A DNA stretch of 64,000 nucleotides from a virus. Shown here one piece after another: positions 8,539-17,210 of the stretch. Each line of letters opens with the position of its first letter. Position 1 is the first letter of the stretch. The position numbers were made by a program, and so were the translations under genes. Where the stretch lies: IMG/VR virus record IMGVR_UViG_3300018481_000020, positions 1 to 64,000 of that record, one strand, 5' to 3'. Below the pieces are notes generated by a model. That model was not told where the DNA came from. It was given only the letters and a program-made list of their open reading frames with translations, and did not search any database.

Positions 8539-8567
8539 GTTCGTCCTTCCGAGGTTGCTTTGGACAT

Positions 8568-8614
8568 GAAAAGACCCCGAGCCGGGGAGAGCGAGCTCCT
8601 CCCGAATCGGGGTT
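8568..8614 (-). terminator. terminator-like hairpin in the leader of the leftward operon
   Basis: Minus strand ACCCCGA...TCGGGGT followed by CTTTT. Confidence 0.55.
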
Positions 8615-8647
8615 ATCTGCACGTGACTATCTAAGGCACGTGTAACT

Positions 8648-8676
8648 AGTATATCAAATACTATACACAAGCACAA
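8648..8676 (-). promoter_or_regulatory. leftward sigma70-type promoter with overlapping palindrome
   Basis: TTGTGC-N17-TATACT with TGn extension; TAGTAT-N5-ATACTA palindrome at 8647-8663. Confidence 0.7.
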
Positions 8677-8907
8677 GGGCCAGACCCACTGATTGAGTCT
8701 GGCCTGTTCGGGGGTATCGATGCCATCCAAAGATGGTCTTCGGTCATCCTAACGATGACCTTGCTTCGAGTGACCCCGAGAAGATCTGTGTTGACCTTCT
8801 TGTTCACGGTTCGCTAACCCTTTGGGACTACCTGTTGGTAGCTGACTAAGGCCAGGAGGTCATCTCTGACAGCTTTCCCATCGGGATCTTCGCTACTTGC
8901 GCGAACA
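8672..8907 (-). ncRNA. candidate structured non-coding RNA (~235 nt)
   Basis: Promoter upstream, about nine nested stems, terminal hairpin with U-rich tail, G-U pairs on the minus strand, no credible ORF. Confidence 0.55.
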
Positions 8908-8914
8908 TATATAT

Positions 8915-8943
8915 AGTATCTCATACTATACATACCAAGTCAA
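8915..8943 (-). promoter_or_regulatory. leftward sigma70-type promoter with overlapping palindrome
   Basis: TTGACT-N17-GATACT with TGn extension; TATAGTAT-CTC-ATACTATA palindrome at 8912-8930. Confidence 0.65.
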
Positions 8944-8996
8944 TACCTATCCGAGAAGACCACCTCACTACCGTGGAGGTAGAGGAGGTGTCCATC

Positions 8997-9086
8997 ATGA
9001 GTGAAGAGATCTACCACTTGCTGACTCTGATTGGAGTCATCATCATCATCGTTCTCCTATGTGTTCCATTTGTCCGGAGAAGGTAG
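8997..9086 (+). CDS. 29-aa membrane microprotein (not in ORF track)
   Basis: AGAGGAGGTG RBS; MSEEIYHLLTLIGVIIIIVLLCVPFVRRR. Confidence 0.7.
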   Translation: MSEEIYHLLTLIGVIIIIVLLCVPFVRRR

Positions 9087-9092
9087 AACCAG

Positions 9093-9365
9093 ATGAGGAA
9101 CTTCTTCGGGAACAGACCTACCAGTGACATCCTGATCCTGGTCATCGCAATCACTGTTGTTGGTTACATCTTCCTGTCCATGATCATGGTGACCTGCATG
9201 ATCTTCTTCACCGACATCGATCCAACTGCTGCAGCTAGGAACCTGGCTGACATCATCAACACTCTGATCGGGCTGCTAGCTGGTTACCTAGCTGGTAGAG
9301 CTGGTCTGGCCAAGAAGAAGAACGGGAACCTTGACGACCCCCAGAGCCCTTCGGCCTCCGGCTAG
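9093..9365 (+). CDS. 2-TM membrane protein (holin-like topology)
   Basis: Two hydrophobic helices, basic tail. Confidence 0.7.
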   Translation: MRNFFGNRPTSDILILVIAITVVGYIFLSMIMVTCMIFFTDIDPTAAARNLADIINTLIGLLAGYLAGRAGLAKKKNGNLDDPQSPSASG

Positions 9366-9762
9366 CGCCTCCGGCCTTCGGACTCTGATGGGGTCCTATG
9401 AGTACTGCTAGCCATGTGGCTCCGAGGGAGCCCAGGAGCTGCGCACGGTTCTTCTCCCCCCTATCCCCCCAAGGGGGTTGCCCGCGCCAATCGGGCTGTG
9501 GCTCGTCAGGCCACGGCTCAGTGGCTCTGCAACGAGGGTTAGAGCACGGGGGTCAGCCGGCCGCTGGCTTCGGTCATCGCGTCCTCATGTTCACCGCATG
9601 GGCGCTCGCAGTGATGATCAGTTACTCATGGGGTACGATCTCCTTACTGCGTAGTCCGATAGCTCGCACGCTAGGCCTGACTCACCTTCAGGTCAAGCAC
9701 AGGTGGCCCCCTTGGTCCGTGGATGTTCCTGAGGGGGCCTCCTTCATGCCCAGGGGGTAGCA

Positions 9763-9900
9763 GTGCGTTGGCGATGGGGTCGGGATCTCATCCTGGCGAT
9801 CGTCTCCGTGGTCCTCATCCTGGGCCTGATGATGGCCTTCACCTTCGGGGTGGCACACCTGGTCACCTCGGTCCTGAACGACCTCATGGGAGATGTCTAG
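9763..9900 (+). CDS. 45-aa membrane microprotein (not in ORF track)
   Basis: GTG start after AGGGGG; MRWRWGRDLILAIVSVVLILGLMMAFTFG... Confidence 0.6.
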   Translation: MRWRWGRDLILAIVSVVLILGLMMAFTFGVAHLVTSVLNDLMGDV

Positions 9901-9942
9901 CCAGCTCTGTCGTATGTCTGTTCGCGGTGCTAGCGTCAAGCG

Positions 9943-10269
9943 ATGCCCACGGTTTGGCTCCGGGATGACCCGGAGCATCGCACTCGGTTCCATCGGGTCC
10001 CAGACTGCAAGCAGCTCAGGAAGAAGCCGGCCAAGGGTGAACCCCACGACCTGATCTCCGCTGACCTCAACGAGGTCTTCGTCCGCCCGTGCAAGACCTG
10101 CTACCCGGACGCCCCTCGAATCAAGATCATCAAGCGGTACTGCTCGATCTGCGATACCAAGGCACCCTGCGAGCACAACGGTGGGGTCCTGGTCATTGAC
10201 CGGATCGGACGACGGCACTGGACCTGGCCGGACAACAACCAGATGCCACTCTATCGAAGATCAGCCTAG
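9943..10269 (+). CDS. Zn-finger protein
   Basis: FHxxxDC...PCKTC...CSIC...CEH. Confidence 0.75.
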   Translation: MPTVWLRDDPEHRTRFHRVPDCKQLRKKPAKGEPHDLISADLNEVFVRPCKTCYPDAPRIKIIKRYCSICDTKAPCEHNGGVLVIDRIGRRHWTWPDNNQMPLYRRSA

Positions 10270-10277
10270 CCAGGCTA

Positions 10278-10310
10278 TTGCAGTACAGCTCACTAGAGCG
10301 TATACACAAT
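10278..10310 (+). promoter_or_regulatory. possible promoter for the replication operon
   Basis: TTGCAG-N17-TATACA in AT-rich intergenic DNA. Confidence 0.4.
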
Positions 10311-10371
10311 CATATATGTGTGGCCCAGACCTTGCTACGCATGGACGAGCGCCAGACAAGGGAGCATCCAC

Positions 10372-11670
10372 GTGCCAGCAGTATCCGCCGAGGCATTGTT
10401 GATCTCAGCCCTGATCAACAACTCAGGCGTCGGGGAGGAGACCCAGTACGGGATCTCCATCCACGACTTCGAGGGCTATGCCGATGAGTACAACTGGCTC
10501 GTCAACTACGTCGAGACCTATGCGGCCCAACCCACTCGGGACATCTTCGGGCACAAGTTCTCCTCGTTCCCGTTCTCGGCCCACACCGAGATCCGCTCGG
10601 CAGCGGACATGGTCCACCAGGCAGCCAACCGCCGGCGGATGACCACGGCGATCACCGAGGCGATGGACCTGATCCACCTCGGGGAGACCAGTGCGGCCTA
10701 CGACCTGCTCTGTGAGGCCAGACCCAAACGGGCACTGGCCAAGCCACACAACCTGCTCACCGATGCCCACCACCTGGATGAGTGGGACACCAGGCCGTAC
10801 CGGGTGGAGCTCCCGTACACCACGCTGCAGCGGCACACCGGGGGGATCATGGCTGGCAACCTCTGGTACGTGGCTGCCCGACCTGGTCAGGGAAAGAGCG
10901 CCCACCTGACCTCGTTCGCCAAGCACGCGGTGCTCACCGGAAACCGGGTCCTGTTCTACTCCCTCGAAATGAGCGAGGCAGAGGTCAGGGCCCGGTTTCA
11001 TGCTTCTCTGGCCACTGAGCTGGGGTACGCCACCATCACCCTGGACAACCTCCGTAGCCGGCGCGTGGACCGTGCTGTGTACCGGAAGTTCATCGGGGAG
11101 CTGGGAGAGCGTCTGGAGGCCACTGGAGGCGGTCTGGACGTGCACACACCGGTCGACGGACCGGTATCACCATCAGAGGTAGCAGCCCGCGCTGGGGAGT
11201 ACCAGCTCTCCGTCATCGACTACGTGGGGCTCATGTCCCAGGACGGTGGCGGAGCGGCGATCGACGACTGGCGAGTGATGGCCAGGATCAGCAACTCGCT
11301 GAAGACGATCGCCTTGGCACAGGGCACCGGTTTGCTCTGTGCTGCTCAGATCAACCGTGACGGCGAAACCGGGATGGCACCACCGAAGGTCAAGAACCTG
11401 GCCCAGTCCGATGCCCTCGGGCAGGACGGGGATGTGGTGCTGACGATGCGAGCCAGGCCCAAGAACGTGGCCACCTTCTTCTCACTGGAGAAGAACCGGC
11501 ATGGGCCCAGCGGCATCTACTTCAACACAACCTTCGACCCGAACACCGGCGTCTACACCGAGATCAGTGCTGTCCAGGCTGAGGATCTCGTAGCGAACGC
11601 CGAGGCTCTGGTCGAAGGTGCCTCACCCCCACCCCAACTACGGGTCATCAAGAGCAAGGACAAGCTATGA
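10372..11670 (+). CDS. dnaB: DnaB-like replicative helicase
   Basis: Walker A ARPGQGKS, YSLEM, IDYVGLM, AQINR, QDGD, KNRHG. Confidence 0.95.
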   Translation: MPAVSAEALLISALINNSGVGEETQYGISIHDFEGYADEYNWLVNYVETYAAQPTRDIFGHKFSSFPFSAHTEIRSAADMVHQAANRRRMTTAITEAMDLIHLGETSAAYDLLCEARPKRALAKPHNLLTDAHHLDEWDTRPYRVELPYTTLQRHTGGIMAGNLWYVAARPGQGKSAHLTSFAKHAVLTGNRVLFYSLEMSEAEVRARFHASLATELGYATITLDNLRSRRVDRAVYRKFIGELGERLEATGGGLDVHTPVDGPVSPSEVAARAGEYQLSVIDYVGLMSQDGGGAAIDDWRVMARISNSLKTIALAQGTGLLCAAQINRDGETGMAPPKVKNLAQSDALGQDGDVVLTMRARPKNVATFFSLEKNRHGPSGIYFNTTFDPNTGVYTEISAVQAEDLVANAEALVEGASPPPQLRVIKSKDKL

Positions 11671-11798
11671 GTATAGAAGACTGCTCATCCCAGACAGACG
11701 ACCAACATGCACTCTTCCAGGACATAGGAGGGCACACATGGGTGTGCACCCTCGACGAATGCGACGGTGAGCATCACTACCTGCAGACGGTCGCATGA
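11667..11798 (+). CDS. 43-aa Cys/His-containing protein (not in ORF track)
   Basis: ATGA overlaps with both the helicase stop and the primase start. Confidence 0.55.
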   Translation: MSIEDCSSQTDDQHALFQDIGGHTWVCTLDECDGEHHYLQTVA

Positions 11799-12622
11799 GG
11801 GCATACACGCTGGCTGAAGCTCTCCGCTTCGGAAGGGGTGTGGAACGAAGTTTCCTGTGCCCCGAACACGGGGACTCGCGACCGAGTGCGTCGGTGAACA
11901 TCATCAAGAAGGTCTGGGTCTGTTACACCTGCCACGCGCACGGTGACCTCACCGGTGAGGCAGCCCTGGCCGAGCCCGACTACCACTCCATGAAGCTCTG
12001 GCTGGACAACAAGCTGTCCGAGGGGACGATCTACCCCGAGGCCTGGCTGAATCGATGGGATGCCGGCGAGGTCCACCCCTACTGGCTGAACCGGGTAGGT
12101 GAGACGGCGGCACGTGCTTTCCGTCTCGGATCGGATGCCAGTACCAACACGCTCACCTACCCGTTGCGGGACCCCACCGGCCAGGTACTGGGAGTGGTAC
12201 GACGGGCGCTGGGAGCGCATGGACCGAAGTACCTGTACCCAACCGGTATCGACGTGGGGAGCCTGCTCTTCAACTACACACCATCTGCTCGCTCAGCGGT
12301 AGTCCTGGTCGAGGGTGCGCTGGATGCGATCGCGCTCTGGAACGTGGGCGTGGATGCCTTCGCGATCTACGGATCCAGGTTGTCACCCGCCCAGGTCAAG
12401 CTGATCGACCGGATCGACCCGGAGTACGTCTACACCTGCTATGACCGCGACGACGCCGGCTGGGCTGCCTATCGAGACACCGAGCGTGCCTTCAAGCACC
12501 GGCTGGTGTCCCGGCTGAGCTGGCCGGCGAGCTGGGGCAAGGACATCGATGACATCGGAGTAGATCGCCGCAGGAATGTCGTCCATGATCTTGTATCTAC
12601 AGGTCTGGCCAGCATAGAGTGA
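11795..12622 (+). CDS. dnaG: DNA primase (CHC2 Zn-finger + TOPRIM)
   Basis: CPEH...CYTC; VLVEGALDA; YDRDDAG; KDIDD. Confidence 0.93.
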   Translation: MRAYTLAEALRFGRGVERSFLCPEHGDSRPSASVNIIKKVWVCYTCHAHGDLTGEAALAEPDYHSMKLWLDNKLSEGTIYPEAWLNRWDAGEVHPYWLNRVGETAARAFRLGSDASTNTLTYPLRDPTGQVLGVVRRALGAHGPKYLYPTGIDVGSLLFNYTPSARSAVVLVEGALDAIALWNVGVDAFAIYGSRLSPAQVKLIDRIDPEYVYTCYDRDDAGWAAYRDTERAFKHRLVSRLSWPASWGKDIDDIGVDRRRNVVHDLVSTGLASIE

Positions 12623-12626
12623 GTCC

Positions 12627-13034
12627 ATGGAAGACGAACTCGTAGAGAACTACCTGGAAGCGCGTGCACGACTCGATGAGGCACAGGCCAATCTGGACAA
12701 CCACGCTGCCCGGCTGATCAAGCAGATGGAGCGGGATCAGCGCAAGAACTACCGGTGGTCCGAGGGTGGTGCGAACAAGACCCTGACCTATGTACAGGCG
12801 CATACCACCGTGATCGACGAGCCCAGGCTCCGCAAGATGCTCCGGGCCAAGGTCTACGACCGGTACACCAAGCGAGTCCTTGACCGACGCGCCATGGAGC
12901 GGGCGATGGACGCCGGCGAGGTCGACAAGACGGTCGTGAGTCAGTGCGTCACCCTGCGACCGAACAAGCCGCACCTGAAGTACACCGAGACCGATCGAGC
13001 TGAGGAGAGCAATGGGGAAGTCACAGATCGTTGA
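12627..13034 (+). CDS. hypothetical replication-region protein
   Basis: N-terminal coiled coil; operon context. Confidence 0.75.
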   Translation: MEDELVENYLEARARLDEAQANLDNHAARLIKQMERDQRKNYRWSEGGANKTLTYVQAHTTVIDEPRLRKMLRAKVYDRYTKRVLDRRAMERAMDAGEVDKTVVSQCVTLRPNKPHLKYTETDRAEESNGEVTDR

Positions 13035-13335
13035 TGCATCGGAGGTGAACCGGATTCCTCGGAAGGCTCCAGCCACCCGACTGGCGGAGTCTCTTCGTAC
13101 CGAAGGTCTGTTGACCGCTGAGGATCTGGCGGCGCACTTCGACGTGGGCATCGAGACCATTCGCCGGCTGGCGCGCAAGAAGAACGAGGATGGCAGCAAG
13201 CGCTTCAAGGGCCCCAGCAAGGCGGCCCGTTCTGGTGATCTGCACGTGTGGGGCTATACCCCCGAGGATGTGGATGAGTTGGCCACCTACTTCGGTCAGC
13301 CAGTCCCGAGAAAGAGAGGCAAGAAGAAGGCATGA
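13012..13335 (+). CDS. MerR/Xis-like HTH DNA-binding protein
   Basis: LLTAEDLAAHFDVGIETIRRLAR...YTPEDV. Confidence 0.75.
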   Translation: MGKSQIVDASEVNRIPRKAPATRLAESLRTEGLLTAEDLAAHFDVGIETIRRLARKKNEDGSKRFKGPSKAARSGDLHVWGYTPEDVDELATYFGQPVPRKRGKKKA

Positions 13336-13574
13336 ACGAACCAACCATGAGAGCAACAGGGGCCTATGAGCTGTTCCCCGGCGATCAAATCCTGGTGGGT
13401 GTGACCCACGAGATCAGCGTCGGTCGGGACAAGTCATGGGTCAAGTACGAAGCCACGACAAAGCTTCGTCCAGGTGAGGTAGCCGAAGACGCAAGGACCA
13501 GGGCCGTGGGCCACGTCAACAAGAGCGTCATGTACACCGTGAACCAAGTAGTCGACGCAGTAAGGAACGCATGA
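13332..13574 (+). CDS. hypothetical protein
   Basis: ATGA overlaps at both ends. Confidence 0.7.
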   Translation: MNEPTMRATGAYELFPGDQILVGVTHEISVGRDKSWVKYEATTKLRPGEVAEDARTRAVGHVNKSVMYTVNQVVDAVRNA

Positions 13575-14359
13575 TGAGGTTTGGAAAGAGCGCCAAGGAA
13601 GCAGAGCAAGAGCCGAGCAGGGGAGGAGTCGGCGGGGACTTCATCAAGTACCTCCGCGACGGGGACACCACCTTCCGGATCCTGCAGGACCCCGATGACT
13701 GGACCTACTGGTGGGAGCACTTCAACCCCAGCGGGTTCAGCTTCCCGTGCCCTCGCTCACCACAGGACCCGATCGAGGACTGCCCAGGTTGTCGCAGTGA
13801 CAACGAGCGGATGAGCAAGGTGACTCGGAGGGTCGGGTTCAACGTGCTGAGCTCGTTCAACGGTCAGGAGTACGTCAACGTCTACAAGGTGGCCTCTGCG
13901 GTGGCGGACAAGCTGAAGAACAGGTACTCCCGGTTCGGCACCGTGACCGACCGCGACTACACGATCACCCGGTACAAGACCTCCGGGGACCGCTACGACT
14001 TCGACGTTGATGGTGGCACCCCGACACCGGTGGATCCCTCGAAGTACGACCTGAAGGACATCGAGGCGATGCTGGCCGAGACCTACGAGGAGCAGTGGGG
14101 TGACGGTGCCCAGCAGTCTCCTCCGCCTCAGCCAGCTCGGACGGCTCGTCCCACGATCGCGCCGGCCCCGGCACAGGTGGGGAGTGATGAGCCCCCTTTT
14201 GAGCCAAAGCCCGAGAAGGTCTATCGGGAGGAGGAGCTCCGCAAGATGGAGCACGGGGAGCTCCTGGTGATGATCAAGCAGGACATGAATCTCACCCCGC
14301 CGGCCACGCTCACCACCACCGATGGTGTGGTCAACTGGTTGATGGAGCTCAACTCCTAG
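13571..14359 (+). CDS. gp32-like single-stranded DNA-binding protein
   Basis: FIKYLRDGDTTFRIL...EH...CP...CPGC...DYTITR; Pro-rich/acidic tail. Confidence 0.75.
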   Translation: MMRFGKSAKEAEQEPSRGGVGGDFIKYLRDGDTTFRILQDPDDWTYWWEHFNPSGFSFPCPRSPQDPIEDCPGCRSDNERMSKVTRRVGFNVLSSFNGQEYVNVYKVASAVADKLKNRYSRFGTVTDRDYTITRYKTSGDRYDFDVDGGTPTPVDPSKYDLKDIEAMLAETYEEQWGDGAQQSPPPQPARTARPTIAPAPAQVGSDEPPFEPKPEKVYREEELRKMEHGELLVMIKQDMNLTPPATLTTTDGVVNWLMELNS

Positions 14360-14393
14360 TGGGAGTCCACTCCTAGTGGGAGTCCACTCCTAG
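14352..14393. repeat. 17-bp tandem repeat, 2.5 copies
   Basis: ACTCCTAGTGGGAGTCC at 14352 and 14369, partial copy at 14386. Confidence 0.9.
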
Positions 14394-14396
14394 AGC

Positions 14397-14442
14397 GTAG
14401 GTAGGGCCAGGCGTCCCCCCGACCGGGCCCTACCTACTTCCT
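14397..14442 (+). terminator. terminator-like hairpin
   Basis: GTAGGTAGGGCC / GGCCCTACCTAC 12-bp stem. Confidence 0.6.
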
Positions 14443-14474
14443 GCGTAACGAGCATCCACAAGAAACGTGATGGC

Positions 14475-17210
14475 ATGAGAATCATCCCCACATTCAGGGT
14501 CATCCCCAGGCCGGCCAGCAACTGGTGGTCACTGCACACGCACTCGCGATACTCGGTGAACGACGCGATGCCCACGGTAGAGGCGATCGTGGCCAAGGTC
14601 TCCCGAATGGGCCAACCGGCCCTCGCGATCACCGACCATGGCAACATGGCTGCCTCGGTGGAGCTGTACCAGGCCTGTAGGAAGGCGGGGATCGCCCCGT
14701 TCCCGGGCTCAGAGCTGTACTTCGTGCCGGACACGGCGCAGTACCGAGCAGACCGGGTGAACAAGGCGGTGAAGGCCACCATGTACCACCTCGGTGTGGT
14801 GGCCTTCACCACCGAGGGCTACGAGAACCTGGTGAACCTGTCCACGCTGAGTCACCGCAACCACCACTACAAGCCACTGGTGGACTACGCGATGCTGGCT
14901 CAGCTGGCCCAGGATGGGCGTACTGAGGGCCTCGCGGTGACCACTGGCTGCTTCTTCGGGTACCTGGCCCAGACACTGATCAGCGCCGGCGAGCAGCCGG
15001 CTCTCCAGTTCCTGCACACGCTCTCGTCGTGGTTCCCGGATAGCGTGTATGTGGAGGTGCAGAATCATCACATCACTCATGAGGACGGGCTTGGTGATGA
15101 GGAACTGGCTGATGCGATGGTGGCGCTGGCCCAGACGGCTGGCTTCCCGGTCGTCCTCACGCAAGACGCACACTACTTGGATCAGGAAGACCGGGCTGAC
15201 CACGAGGGCCTCAAGCGCCTGGTCGCTTTCGGCCCAGACCCAGACGACGCTGTTTTCCCCGGAGATGGGTTCCATGTGGCAGATGCCGGATGGATCGAAG
15301 ACCATCACAGTGAACATCGGCTTGCGCGAGGAATGGAAGGACTGGCAGATCTCCTCGGTCGCCACACACTCTCGATCCCTGTCCTTGACTCTTACTCCTA
15401 CTCGGTACCGGAGGTAGTAGAGAACCCGCAGCGGGCGATGATCCTGCGGGTCCACGAGGCTGCCGCAGAACTGGGTCTGCCGAAGCGCTACTGGTACCAG
15501 CTGGACGAGGAACTGGTGACCATCGAAGCGGCGGGGATGGCCGGCTACATGATGCTGGTGGCCCAGGTGACCGACTGGCTACGCGAGCAAGACATCATGT
15601 TCCAGACCCGTGGCAGTGCTGCTGGATCGCTGGTGTGCTGGCTGCTCGGGATCAGCAATGTGGACCCGATCAAGTGGGACCTACGTTTCGAGCGGTTCTT
15701 GTCCAAGGACCGGACCAAGCCACCTGATGTGGACCTTGATGTGGCCCACGACCGTCGTGATGAGCTCCTCGCGATGCTTGATACACGATTCACTGCCCAT
15801 CAGATCGGCTCGTGGGCCACGTACTCACTGAACGACACCGAGGACGAGTTCGGTGCGACCCAGCGAGGGTCCTTGAGGGTTCGTTACTTCACCGCCTCCG
15901 GGAAGAAGGATGAGGGTGCCACCTCATGGTCTGAGGTACCCACTGAGGACAGGGATATGCTTATGTCTCTATCCAACAGACACCTCTACAAGGGGATGGG
16001 CACCAACGCTGCTGGCATCGTGCTGACCAGTACCTCGGTGGAGTTCGACAAGTTGGTGCCCATGGCCTGGATGGCTCGTGGTGCACACTCCGGTGGCTTC
16101 GTCACCCAGTACTCCAAGGACCAGATCGAGGCACTGGGCCTGGTCAAGCTGGACGCGCTCGGGTCCAAGACGATGACCATCCTGGACCACACCATGCGCC
16201 TGCTGGACATGCCGATCTCTCGCATTGCGGACATTGAGTACCGGGACGGGCCTACCTATCAGCTGATCAGGGGTGGCCAGACCGATGGCTTGTTCCAGCT
16301 GGAGGGCAAGTCCACGAAGTGGGGACTGCGGGACCTGAAGCCAGGCGCGATCAAGGACGTGATCGCAGCGATGGCGCTGTTCCGGCCGGCCACGATGAAC
16401 ACGGGTGCGACCAGAGCATTCATCGCACGCAAGCACAAGGAAGCTGAGATACCCCAACGACACGAGCTGATCAGCAAGGTCACCAAGGACACCCACGGGA
16501 TCATGCTGTACCAGGAGCAGGTCATCGACGTGCTCCGGGGACTAGGGATGGGAGCAGATGACCTGACCACCTTCTTGAAGGCTGTGAAGGCCTCCAACAA
16601 GGACATTGGTGATGCCGGTGCTGTGATCGAGACGTACCAGGCCTGGATCCAGCAGCGGTGCGACGAGATCGGGATGACCTATGAGGATCAGAACTACCTT
16701 CACGATGCCATTGCGGGCTTCGCTGAGTACGGCTTCAACCGTGCTCACGCCACTGTGTACGGCATCACTGCGTACCGCGCGTCCTATCTTGCGGCTCGGC
16801 ATCCGCTTGAGTACCACACCGCTCTCCTGGGCGTTGCGAGCGAGGGAGAGTCGAAGAAGGAGAACAGGTACATACAGACGACTCGACGCAGGGGCATCCG
16901 AGTTCTCAGCCCTGAGATCAATACTTCAACAGCCAGCTATTCCATCGACGACCGCCGTGGTGCGATCCGCAAGGGGCTTCAGAGCATCGACGGTGTGGGA
17001 GCTATCTCAGCAACCAAGCTTGCTGGACTCCAACCTTTTGCCAGTCTCGATGACCTGGTTGAGAGATCTGCCACCGCCTCCATCTCCGGATTCAAGGAGT
17101 ACGACGGAACCCCCGAGTCACTGACCGGCATCCTCGGTCACCTGAACAAGTCAGGGTGTCTGGTCACCCTGATCCACGGAAGGAAGGAAGAGAGAAATGT
17201 CCCACTGTGA
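14475..17210 (+). CDS. dnaE: DNA polymerase III alpha subunit (family C)
   Basis: PHP motifs HTHSRYS, AITDHGN, TQDAHY; RGSAAGSL; FERFL; PDVDLD; YQEQV; YGFNRAHA. Confidence 0.96.
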   Translation: MRIIPTFRVIPRPASNWWSLHTHSRYSVNDAMPTVEAIVAKVSRMGQPALAITDHGNMAASVELYQACRKAGIAPFPGSELYFVPDTAQYRADRVNKAVKATMYHLGVVAFTTEGYENLVNLSTLSHRNHHYKPLVDYAMLAQLAQDGRTEGLAVTTGCFFGYLAQTLISAGEQPALQFLHTLSSWFPDSVYVEVQNHHITHEDGLGDEELADAMVALAQTAGFPVVLTQDAHYLDQEDRADHEGLKRLVAFGPDPDDAVFPGDGFHVADAGWIEDHHSEHRLARGMEGLADLLGRHTLSIPVLDSYSYSVPEVVENPQRAMILRVHEAAAELGLPKRYWYQLDEELVTIEAAGMAGYMMLVAQVTDWLREQDIMFQTRGSAAGSLVCWLLGISNVDPIKWDLRFERFLSKDRTKPPDVDLDVAHDRRDELLAMLDTRFTAHQIGSWATYSLNDTEDEFGATQRGSLRVRYFTASGKKDEGATSWSEVPTEDRDMLMSLSNRHLYKGMGTNAAGIVLTSTSVEFDKLVPMAWMARGAHSGGFVTQYSKDQIEALGLVKLDALGSKTMTILDHTMRLLDMPISRIADIEYRDGPTYQLIRGGQTDGLFQLEGKSTKWGLRDLKPGAIKDVIAAMALFRPATMNTGATRAFIARKHKEAEIPQRHELISKVTKDTHGIMLYQEQVIDVLRGLGMGADDLTTFLKAVKASNKDIGDAGAVIETYQAWIQQRCDEIGMTYEDQNYLHDAIAGFAEYGFNRAHATVYGITAYRASYLAARHPLEYHTALLGVASEGESKKENRYIQTTRRRGIRVLSPEINTSTASYSIDDRRGAIRKGLQSIDGVGAISATKLAGLQPFASLDDLVERSATASISGFKEYDGTPESLTGILGHLNKSGCLVTLIHGRKEERNVPL

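Noticed and set aside
9380-9460. Hammerhead ribozyme (CTGATG seen)
   Set aside because: The core requires CUGANGA and a downstream GAAA; the sequence reads CTGATGG with no matching GAAA.
9398-9760. 120-aa plus-strand ORF
   Set aside because: Atypical composition, no clear RBS, runs through hairpin-rich DNA; treated as non-coding but not excluded.
8550-9760. tRNA or tmRNA genes in the non-coding regions
   Set aside because: No cloverleaf with a T-loop GTTCRA and acceptor stem could be built by eye.
13012-13335. Excisionase implying a temperate integration module
   Set aside because: Only a generic MerR/Xis-like HTH; no integrase or att site is recognisable in this window, so lifestyle cannot be called.
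14352-14393. Possible mini-CRISPR array, given the Cas4-like gene at 17857
   Set aside because: Repeats are directly adjacent with no spacers; there is no cas1/cas2; solo Cas4-like nucleases are common in phage replication modules.
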